Source: Chloroflexota bacterium | GTDB taxonomy: Bacteria > Chloroflexota > Anaerolineae > Anaerolineales > UBA4823 | Direction of reading: 5' to 3' | DNA length: 33,593 bases | Assembly: GCA_046089985.1 (NCBI GenBank) | Contig: JBJSYW010000533.1 | Span: 1-33,593, forward strand | Part shown: positions 16,759-23,649 of the stretch, piece after piece | Layout: every line of letters starts with the position of its first letter | Numbering within the stretch: position 1 is the stretch's first letter | The notes under the pieces: generated by a model | What the model saw: only the letters and a program-made list of their open reading frames with translations | Databases searched by the model: none | Told to the model about the DNA's origin: nothing | Made by a program: the position numbers and the translations under genes

Positions 16759-18387
16759 TCATGACTCCAGATCACGCGCCAGGTACAGCTCGCCGCTGTG
16801 GAACCCCAGGCGGCGGTAATATTGGCGGGTGCCGACCGCCGAGATCACCGCCAGGCGGCGGAAGCCGCGCTGCTGCGCCAGGCGGGCCGCTTCTTCAACC
16901 AGGCGCGTGCCCAGGCCGCTGTGCTGGGCTGCGCCGGTCTCTTCCGCGCCCACCGCCAGCGCTTGACCATAGACGTGCACCTCGCGGATGATCGCCGCGC
17001 CCTGCAGGTCAGCTAAGCCGCACTCGGGCGCGCCGTCCGGCCCGCCCCACCCCGCGCCGGGCAGCGACAGGCGCAGGAAGCCCGCCAGATGGTCGCTCGG
17101 AGTGTCAAAGGACAGGAAGTGCTCCTCGGCGCCCGGCGTGGCATACACCAGGTCGTGCAGCGCCAGCTGCGCCGGGTCCACCTTCTGCTCGCCCACCTCG
17201 CGGCAGCGGATGCAGCGGCAGGCCTGGCCGCGCCGCTGCAGTTCGGCGTGCACATCCTGGCGCAGGCTGGTGCGCCGGTTGCCCTCCACCACATAGGTCG
17301 ACGGGATATCGCGGATCACCCGGTTGACCCGGCAGTAGCGCGGGATGCCGGGCTTGATATCCGCGATCAGGTCGATCAGCTCCTGGGTGGTGTACGGTCT
17401 GTATTCGCCGCGCTGCCAGACCGCGTACAGTTCGGCTTCCTTGAGCAGCTGGTTGGGGTAGATCTTGATCTCATCCGGGCAGCAGCCGTCCCACAGCCGG
17501 GCGAAGTCCTCCCGGTCGCCCTGCGGAGTTGCGCCGTACAGGTTGGGCATCCAGTGCAGCACAATCTTGAACCCGGCGGCGCGCAGCAGGTCCACCGCCT
17601 GCTTGGCCTGGGCGGCGCTGTGACCGCGCCGGTTCAGCGCCAGCAAGCCGTCATCCAGGCTCTGCACACCCAGCTGTACCTTGGTCACCCCTAACCGGCG
17701 CAGCCAGGCCAGTTCCTGCGGGGTGATCTCATCCGGGCGGGTCTCGATCACCAACCCCACGTTGCGGTGGGCGGCGGTCTCGTTATACGCCTGGGCCGCT
17801 TCCAGGCTGGGCAGCTCGGCGCCGTTCATCGCATCGAACAGGCGATGGATAAACCACTGCTGGTAATCGCGGCGGTAGGCGCTCCACGTGCCGCCCAGCA
17901 CCAGCAGCTCGATCTTATCGGTCGGGTGGCCCACCGCTTCCAGGGCCTGGATGCGCGCCGCCACCTGGGCGTAGGGGTCAAAATCGTGCTCCAGCGCCCG
18001 CCGGGCGCCCGGTTCGTCCTGGATATAGCTCTTCGGCATGCGCACGTCGGTGGGGCAGAAGATGCACTTGCCCGGGCACGGGTAGGGCATGGTCAGCACG
18101 GTGACCGTGGTGACGCCCGACAGCGTGCGCACCGGCTTCAAGCGGATGCGCTTGAGCAGCTGCGGGTCTTCCGCCCATTCGCCGCTTGCCACCAACCCGC
18201 GATAGGCCGCCACCAGCAGCGACTTGGCCGCATAACCGCCGTCTGGCAGCGGAAACCGGCGCACCGCATCCGTCACCTCCCGGCCGCGGCGCACCGCCTC
18301 CAGCACCTGGCGCGCTACCGCCAGCTTCTCGGGAGAAACTGCCCGCAGTTCGTGCCAGGTCGGCTGCTTTTCTGCTTTAGGGACCAT
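16759..18387 (-). CDS. elp3: Elp3-type tRNA uridine(34) carboxymethyl-modification enzyme (radical SAM + GNAT acetyltransferase)
   Basis: 542 aa. Radical-SAM cluster motif 'CPGKCIFCP', then 'ELLVLGGTWSAY'. The C-terminal GNAT domain has the acetyl-CoA motif 'QHSGLGTRLVEEAARLA'. The architecture matches archaeal/eukaryotic Elp3 and the rare bacterial homologues. Confidence 0.9.
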   Translation of the reverse strand: MVPKAEKQPTWHELRAVSPEKLAVARQVLEAVRRGREVTDAVRRFPLPDGGYAAKSLLVAAYRGLVASGEWAEDPQLLKRIRLKPVRTLSGVTTVTVLTMPYPCPGKCIFCPTDVRMPKSYIQDEPGARRALEHDFDPYAQVAARIQALEAVGHPTDKIELLVLGGTWSAYRRDYQQWFIHRLFDAMNGAELPSLEAAQAYNETAAHRNVGLVIETRPDEITPQELAWLRRLGVTKVQLGVQSLDDGLLALNRRGHSAAQAKQAVDLLRAAGFKIVLHWMPNLYGATPQGDREDFARLWDGCCPDEIKIYPNQLLKEAELYAVWQRGEYRPYTTQELIDLIADIKPGIPRYCRVNRVIRDIPSTYVVEGNRRTSLRQDVHAELQRRGQACRCIRCREVGEQKVDPAQLALHDLVYATPGAEEHFLSFDTPSDHLAGFLRLSLPGAGWGGPDGAPECGLADLQGAAIIREVHVYGQALAVGAEETGAAQHSGLGTRLVEEAARLAQQRGFRRLAVISAVGTRQYYRRLGFHSGELYLARDLES

Positions 18388-18388
18388 T

Positions 18389-18394
18389 TATAAT
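18389..18394 (+). promoter_or_regulatory. -10 box for the Trm9-like methyltransferase (leaderless configuration)
   Basis: Perfect TATAAT 7 nt before the GTG at 18402, with no SD. The box lies 1 nt from the divergent Elp3 start codon (18385-18387). Confidence 0.45.
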
Positions 18395-18401
18395 ACCTCG
18401 C

Positions 18402-19136
18402 GTGGACCTTTCTACCGCTAATCAATTGGTTGAACTCAACCGTCAATTTTACCAGACCTTCGCCCGCTCCTTTTCGGCCACCCGCCAGCGCCTGCAGCCG
18501 GGTGTGTGGCGCATCGTGGAAGAGCTGCCCGCCGGGGCTGCCGTGCTGGACCTGGGCTGCGGCAACGGCGAGTTGGGGCGCGTGCTGCTGGGGCGCGGCC
18601 ACACCGCGGGCTACACCGGGGTCGACTTCGCCCCCGCCCTGCTGGACGCCCGTCGGGAGTCGGCCGGCGCCCCGCCGGGAACGCTCGAGTTTGTCGAAGC
18701 CGACCTGGCCGCGCCGGGCTGGCAGGCGGCCCTGCCGGGCCGGCGCTTTGCGGTGATCACGCTGTTCGCCGTGCTGCATCACCTGCCCGGCGCGGCGGCT
18801 CGCCAGGCGCTGCTGGACGGCGCCGGTCAACTGCTGCTGCCCGGCGGGCGGCTGGAGCTTTCCTGCTGGCAGTTCCTGAACAGCCCGCGCCTGCGCCAGC
18901 GCATCCAGCCCTGGCAGGCCGCCGGGATTGACCCGGCCACGGTCGACCCCGGCGACTACCTGCTGGACTGGCGTCAGGACGGCGCCGGGCTGCGCTATGT
19001 GCACCATTTCGACGATCAAGAGCTGACCGGGTTGGCTGCCGCCGCCGGGTTCCAGGTCAGCCGGCGCTTCCACGCCGATGGCGAAGGCGGGCAGTTGAGT
19101 ATTTACCACACCTGGCAGCGATTAGGACCGGAGTAA
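18402..19136 (+). CDS. Class I SAM-dependent methyltransferase, Trm9/ALKBH8-MT-like
   Basis: 244 aa with a GTG start. 'FYQTFARSFSATRQRLQPGVWRIVEELPAGAAVLDLGCGNG', 'FAVITLFAVLHHLPG' and 'LLPGGRLELSCWQF' resemble the Trm9 pattern as I recall it (HFSxTR..PWP.V, D.GCGNGKY, ISIAVIHH, GG..L...WA.EQ). The generic methyltransferase call is solid. The Trm9 subfamily call is inference. Confidence 0.8.
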   Translation: MDLSTANQLVELNRQFYQTFARSFSATRQRLQPGVWRIVEELPAGAAVLDLGCGNGELGRVLLGRGHTAGYTGVDFAPALLDARRESAGAPPGTLEFVEADLAAPGWQAALPGRRFAVITLFAVLHHLPGAAARQALLDGAGQLLLPGGRLELSCWQFLNSPRLRQRIQPWQAAGIDPATVDPGDYLLDWRQDGAGLRYVHHFDDQELTGLAAAAGFQVSRRFHADGEGGQLSIYHTWQRLGPE

Positions 19137-19139
19137 TAG

Positions 19140-19145
19140 TATAAT
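19140..19145 (+). promoter_or_regulatory. Candidate -10 box for the metallophosphoesterase gene
   Basis: Perfect TATAAT overlapping the end of the methyltransferase ORF, 41 nt upstream of the ATG at 19187. Confidence 0.35.
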
Positions 19146-19186
19146 TCTCTGTTAACTCAGCTTAGATTGGTACACCCCGAGACGCA

Positions 19187-19915
19187 ATGCGAGTTTTAGT
19201 CATCTCCGATATCCATGCCAACCTGACCGCCCTGGAAGCCGTGATCTCCCAGGCAGGTTTTTTTGATGCTGCCTGGTGCCTGGGCGACATTGTCGGCTAC
19301 GGCCCAGACCCGAACGAGTGCGTCAGCCGGGTGCGCCGCCTGCCCAACCTGCAGTGCATCATCGGCAACCATGACGCCGCCGCCCTTAAGCAGATCGATT
19401 CGGCCACTTTCAACCCCGAGGCGCGTATCGCCATCCAGTGGACCCAGCAGGCGCTCACCTCCGACAGCCGCGCCTTCCTGGGCAGCCTGCCGGAAAAGCT
19501 GCGCCAGGACGAAGTGACCCTGACGCATGGCAGCCCGCGCCACCCGGTGTGGGAGTACCTGCTGGACACACGCACCGCCACGCTCAGCTTCGACTATTTC
19601 GACACCAACCTGTGTTTCGTTGGCCATACCCACCTGCCGGTGATTTACTCACTGCAAGACAGCTACAACCTGGCCCACCTGAACATCCCCGATCCAAACA
19701 TCGAGGTCACCCTGCCCGGGCGGGCCATCGCCAACCCCGGTTCGGTCGGCCAGCCGCGCGACCGAGACCCGCGCGCCTCCTTCGCCATCTTCGACACCGA
19801 AACCAACATCTGGAACTACCGGCGGGTCAGCTATGACATCCCCGCGGTGCAGGAGCGCATGCTGCGCGCCGGGCTGCCCGAACGCCACGTCCAGCGCCTG
19901 GCTGCCGGTTGGTGA
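19187..19915 (+). CDS. Metallophosphoesterase (calcineurin-like, YfcE/MJ0936-type)
   Basis: 242 aa. Motifs 'VISDIHAN', 'LGDIVGYGP', 'GNHD', 'FVGHTH' and 'NPGSVGQPRD'. Confidence 0.88.
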   Translation: MRVLVISDIHANLTALEAVISQAGFFDAAWCLGDIVGYGPDPNECVSRVRRLPNLQCIIGNHDAAALKQIDSATFNPEARIAIQWTQQALTSDSRAFLGSLPEKLRQDEVTLTHGSPRHPVWEYLLDTRTATLSFDYFDTNLCFVGHTHLPVIYSLQDSYNLAHLNIPDPNIEVTLPGRAIANPGSVGQPRDRDPRASFAIFDTETNIWNYRRVSYDIPAVQERMLRAGLPERHVQRLAAGW

Positions 19916-19931
19916 CCATCGCATAAGCCGC

Positions 19932-19955
19932 CGCCGCCGGTTCCCGCCGGCGGCG
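19932..19955 (+). terminator. GC hairpin downstream of the metallophosphoesterase gene
   Basis: 'cgccgccgg' (19932-19940) pairs with 'ccggcggcg' (19947-19955) around a 6-nt loop, 17 nt after the stop. There is no U-tract. Confidence 0.4.
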
Positions 19956-20051
19956 CTGTCAAACCGATGTCAGCGCTTTGTCAAGCGCCGGCTGGAACAT
20001 CCGGTATAACTGAAGCGTCCAGGGTTCAAGCTCAATCCTAAGGAGGAAGAT

Positions 20052-21047
20052 ATGTCCACCCGAACCCATTCGATGTTTCGCCTGTTGGCCGCCCTGCTTG
20101 TCTTGACCCTGCTGCTGTCTGCCTGCGCCAGTGCAGCAGCCCCGCTCGAGATGGAAGCTCGCTCCGTTGAAGGCTATGGCGGCGGCGCTCCCGCCGCGGC
20201 CCCAGCTGCGCCGGTTATGGAAGCCCCGGCGGCCGAGTCCAAAGCCTACGACGCCGCCACCGGACAGTCTGCTAACACCGCCGCCGCTCAAGAGCGCATT
20301 GTGATCACCAACGGCAGCCTGACCATCACCGTCCCGGATCCCGGGGCTTCGATGGAACGCATTCGCGCCCTGGCCAAAGAGATGGGCGGCTTCGTGGTCG
20401 GCGCTAACCTGTACAAGGAGTATTCCAACACCGGCATCGAAGTGCCGCGCGCCAACATCACCATCCGCGTCCCCGCCGGGCGCATGGATGAGGCCATGCA
20501 GCGCATCCAGGCTGAAAGCGGCCAGGAGCCGCGCAATGTGACCATCACCAGCCAGGATGTGACCAGCGAATATGTGGACCTGCAGTCTCGCCTGGCCAAC
20601 CTGGAAGCGGCCGAGAAAGAACTCACCCGCATCATGGAAGACGCCAACCGCACCGAAGACGTGCTGGCGGTCTACCAGCAGCTGGTCTCGATCCGCGAGC
20701 AGATCGAGGTGATCAAGGGCCAGATCAAGTACTACGATGAAGCCTCGGCGCTGTCGTCGATCAGCGTCGACCTGGTGGCCGATGCAGCCGTGCAGCCGAT
20801 CGAGATCGGCGGCTGGCAGCCGCAGGGCGTGGCCAAAGACGCCCTGGAAGCCCTGGTACGCACGATGCAGGGCCTGGTTGAGGTGGTGCTGTGGCTGCTG
20901 ATCTACCTGCTGCCGGTGCTGCTGGTGCTGTCGTTGATCTTTGTGCTGCCGCCGTTCCTGATCATCCGGGCGCTGGTGCGCCGCAGCCGGGCCAAGAAAT
21001 CCGCTGCAGTGGCCGACTTCCCGCCGCCTGCCGCTCCGGCCGAGTAG
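20052..21047 (+). CDS. DUF4349-family lipoprotein with C-terminal membrane anchor
   Basis: 331 aa. The lipobox 'LLSAC' puts Cys at position 25. 'ITNGSLTITVPDP', 'ANITIRVPAGRMDEAMQRI' and 'VTSEYVDLQSRLANLEAAEKEL' match the DUF4349 pattern. A C-terminal TM helix is present. A strong SD 'taaggaggaagat' precedes the ATG. Confidence 0.8.
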   Translation: MSTRTHSMFRLLAALLVLTLLLSACASAAAPLEMEARSVEGYGGGAPAAAPAAPVMEAPAAESKAYDAATGQSANTAAAQERIVITNGSLTITVPDPGASMERIRALAKEMGGFVVGANLYKEYSNTGIEVPRANITIRVPAGRMDEAMQRIQAESGQEPRNVTITSQDVTSEYVDLQSRLANLEAAEKELTRIMEDANRTEDVLAVYQQLVSIREQIEVIKGQIKYYDEASALSSISVDLVADAAVQPIEIGGWQPQGVAKDALEALVRTMQGLVEVVLWLLIYLLPVLLVLSLIFVLPPFLIIRALVRRSRAKKSAAVADFPPPAAPAE

Positions 21048-21075
21048 CCCGCCGCTACTCCCCAATTCTGATCCC

Positions 21076-21105
21076 GGATCGCCCCCCACAACTGGGGGGC
21101 GATCC
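21076..21105 (+). terminator. Intrinsic-terminator-like hairpin after the DUF4349 gene
   Basis: Perfect 12-bp stem: 'ggatcgcccccc' (21076-21087) and 'ggggggcgatcc' (21094-21105), with a 6-nt loop. Confidence 0.55.
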
Positions 21106-21107
21106 AC

Positions 21108-21113
21108 TATAAT
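21108..21113 (+). promoter_or_regulatory. -10 box for rsmG (leaderless configuration)
   Basis: Perfect TATAAT 2 nt after the hairpin and 7 nt before the ATG at 21121. There is no SD. Confidence 0.5.
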
Positions 21114-21120
21114 TACCGCC

Positions 21121-21846
21121 ATGAAAGAACTTGCTGCCGCCGCCCGCAGCCTGTTGGGGATCAGCCTGACGCCGCTGCAGATCACTGCGTTCGAGACCTA
21201 CGAGCGAGAGCTGTTGAATTGGAACGCGAAAATGAACCTGACTGCCATCCGCGAACCGGAGGGCATCCGCACCAAGCACTTCCTCGATTCGCTGACCTGC
21301 CTGCTGGTGATGCAGGGCGCTCCAATGGAGCGCGTCATCGACGTGGGCACCGGGGCCGGTTTCCCCGGGCTGGCGCTGAAGCTCCTCAACCCGGCTATGC
21401 AGTTGACCCTGGTCGAATCGGTGGGCAAGAAGGCCGATTTCTGCCGCCACGTGGCCAAAACGCTCAAACTGGACGGGGTGCAGGTGCTGACCGAGCGCGC
21501 CGAAGCCGTGGGGCAGCTAAAAGCTCACCGCCAGGCCTATGACTGGGCGCTGGCGCGGGCCGTGGCGGTGCTGCCGGTACTGGTGGAATACCTGCTGCCG
21601 CTGGCGCGCGTGGGCGGGGCGGCACTGGCTATGAAAGGCGAGAGCGCCCCGGCCGAGGCGCACGATTCCGAGCACGCCAACCGGGTGTTGGGCGGTCACC
21701 TGCGCCGGCTGGTGCCGGTCACCCTGCCGGGGGTGGTTGAGCAGCGCTACCTGGTGGTGGTGGATAAAGTGGCGGCTACGCCGTCCGGGTATCCACGCCG
21801 GGTGGGCCTGCCGGCCAAGAACCCGCTCCTGCCGGTCAAAACCTGA
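21121..21846 (+). CDS. rsmG: 16S rRNA (guanine527-N7)-methyltransferase RsmG (GidB)
   Basis: 241 aa. 'WNAKMNLTAIREPEGIRTKHFLDSL', the SAM motif 'VIDVGTGAGFPGLALK', and 'LVESVGKKADF'. Confidence 0.92.
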   Translation: MKELAAAARSLLGISLTPLQITAFETYERELLNWNAKMNLTAIREPEGIRTKHFLDSLTCLLVMQGAPMERVIDVGTGAGFPGLALKLLNPAMQLTLVESVGKKADFCRHVAKTLKLDGVQVLTERAEAVGQLKAHRQAYDWALARAVAVLPVLVEYLLPLARVGGAALAMKGESAPAEAHDSEHANRVLGGHLRRLVPVTLPGVVEQRYLVVVDKVAATPSGYPRRVGLPAKNPLLPVKT

Positions 21847-21861
21847 CGCCCGGGCTGGGCA

Positions 21862-23121
21862 CTATGGGTTTGCCGGGCCGGGCGTCACCGGGCCGGGCGT
21901 CACCGGGCCGGACCCAACCTGGCCTGACTGCACCTGCCAGACCGTCGAGCGGTGCACATATTCGCTCGAGTACAGGTCCAGGTCGGTGGTGGTGAGCATA
22001 GCCTGTTCGCTCTCTAGCAGCCGTGCAAGCAGGTCGACCCGCCGGGCGGGGTCCAGTTCTGCCAGCACTTCATCCAGCAGCAGCACCGGCCAGTGGCCGG
22101 TTTTTTCTTTCATCCAGGCCACCTCGCCCAGCTTGAGCGCCAGCACTGCCGTGCGCCCCTGGCCGCGCGAGCCATAGATCCCCAGGTCGATGCCATTGCT
22201 GAAGAAGCGCAGCTCGTCCCGGTGCGGGCCAAGGCTGGTTGTGCCGCGGGCGATATCCTCGCGGCGGGCGCGCGCCAGCGCTTCGCGGAAGCCCTTGCCG
22301 ATCTTATCCTGCGAGAGGCCCTGCCGGTCCAGGCTGGTCTTCAACGGCAGCCCCAACTGCAGCGGCGAGGTGGGGAACGGGTCAAAGGCGGGCTGGTAAT
22401 CCAGGCGCAGCACTTCCTGGCCGCGGGTCAGCTGGTGGTGGATCGGGCGCGCAATGCGCTCGATCTCCTGCACCGCCTGGATTCGGGCATGGATCAGCCC
22501 GCCGCCCAGCTGGGCCACCTGGTCGTCCCAATAATCCAGCTGCGCCGGGTCGCCGCCGCGCTCAGCCAGCGTCTTCAGCAGCGCGTTGCGCTGGGTCAGG
22601 ATGCGCGTGTACTCAGCCAGGTCGGCGGCGTAGCGCGGCCAGACCTGCCCCAGGGCCAGGTTCAGGTAGCGCCGGCGCTCATCGGGCGCACCTTCCACAA
22701 TGCGCAGCATGTGCGGCAGGAACAACACGGCGTTGAAGACGCCCATCGCTTCGCCCACCTTGCGCGGCACGCCGTCCACAATCACTTCTTTGCGCAAGCG
22801 CGGCAGGCCGCTGGCGGCGTCCAGGATCAGGCGCACTTCCATGCGGTGCGATGTCCCCGGCCCGATCTCGCCCAGGCTGCGCCGGAAATCGGCCACAATG
22901 CGCGTCACTGCCAGCGGCTCGTGCTCCACCTGGAAGCTGACCAGCTGCCGGTCGGCGCCGGCATGGAACGAGGTGAAGGTCGCCAGGTAATAGACCGCCT
23001 CCAACAGGCTGGTCTTGCCCTGGGCGTTGCCCCCCACCAACAAAACCGGCCCGCCCGGAACATCCAAATCCAGGCGGGCGAAACTGCGAAAGTTGGTCAG
23101 CGACAGATGTGTCAGCAGCAT
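21862..23121 (-). CDS. recF: DNA replication and repair protein RecF
   Basis: 419 aa. 'LSLTNFRSF', Walker A 'GGNAQGKTSLLEA', signature-like 'GSRGQGRTAVLALKL' and Walker B 'VLLLDEVLAELD'. The C-terminal tail is unusual: 'GPVTPGPVTPGP'. Its ATG overlaps the def stop by 1 nt. Confidence 0.92.
   Translation of the reverse strand: MLLTHLSLTNFRSFARLDLDVPGGPVLLVGGNAQGKTSLLEAVYYLATFTSFHAGADRQLVSFQVEHEPLAVTRIVADFRRSLGEIGPGTSHRMEVRLILDAASGLPRLRKEVIVDGVPRKVGEAMGVFNAVLFLPHMLRIVEGAPDERRRYLNLALGQVWPRYAADLAEYTRILTQRNALLKTLAERGGDPAQLDYWDDQVAQLGGGLIHARIQAVQEIERIARPIHHQLTRGQEVLRLDYQPAFDPFPTSPLQLGLPLKTSLDRQGLSQDKIGKGFREALARARREDIARGTTSLGPHRDELRFFSNGIDLGIYGSRGQGRTAVLALKLGEVAWMKEKTGHWPVLLLDEVLAELDPARRVDLLARLLESEQAMLTTTDLDLYSSEYVHRSTVWQVQSGQVGSGPVTPGPVTPGPANP
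21873..21911. repeat. 15-bp direct tandem repeat (about 2.6 copies) in the 3' end of recF
   Basis: 'ccgggccgggcgtca' occurs at 21873-21887 and 21888-21902, with a partial third copy to 21911. It encodes the (GPVTP)n tail. Confidence 0.9.
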
Positions 23122-23627
23122 TAATCGCGCGGGATCGCTTCTCCTTCAGCCGGTTTCCAGATTTTCAGCGCCCGGTCGGTGAACAACACGCCTTCCAGGT
23201 GATCGATCTCATGCTGGAAGATGCGCGCCAGCCAGCCGGAAGCCTTGACCCGCACCGGCTGACCGTGGCGGTTCTGGCCTTTGATGGTGATCTCGTTGGT
23301 GCGTTCCACATCCCCGATAAAGTTCGGGATCGACAGGCAGCCTTCCGTGCCAACCACCTGGTCTTCCGAGGTGCGCACGATCTCGGGGTTGACCATCGTA
23401 TACAGCTTCAGCGGCGCATCGTCGTCGTCTTCGTCGCCAAACTCCACCACGATCACCCGCAGCGGAACGTCAATCTGCGGCGCCGCCAACCCCACCCCGG
23501 GGGCTTCGCGCATCGTCTCCACCATGTCATCGATCAGCGTCTGCAGTTCGGGACCAAAATCGGTCACCTTGCGCGCCTTCTTGCGCAGCACCGGCGCCGG
23601 AACAGTCACAATTTCTCGTAATGCCAT
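23121..23627 (-). CDS. def: Peptide deformylase
   Basis: 168 aa. The three canonical motifs are 'GVGLAAPQI', 'EGCLSIP' and 'QHEIDHLEG'. Confidence 0.95.
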   Translation of the reverse strand: MALREIVTVPAPVLRKKARKVTDFGPELQTLIDDMVETMREAPGVGLAAPQIDVPLRVIVVEFGDEDDDDAPLKLYTMVNPEIVRTSEDQVVGTEGCLSIPNFIGDVERTNEITIKGQNRHGQPVRVKASGWLARIFQHEIDHLEGVLFTDRALKIWKPAEGEAIPRD

Positions 23628-23649
23628 CGCTTTCTACCTCTCTACAACC

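Noticed and set aside
19959-21185. 408-aa minus-strand ORF opposite the DUF4349 gene and the rsmG start.
   Set aside because: It is a shadow ORF spanning a terminator hairpin and a promoter. There is no SD and no motifs.
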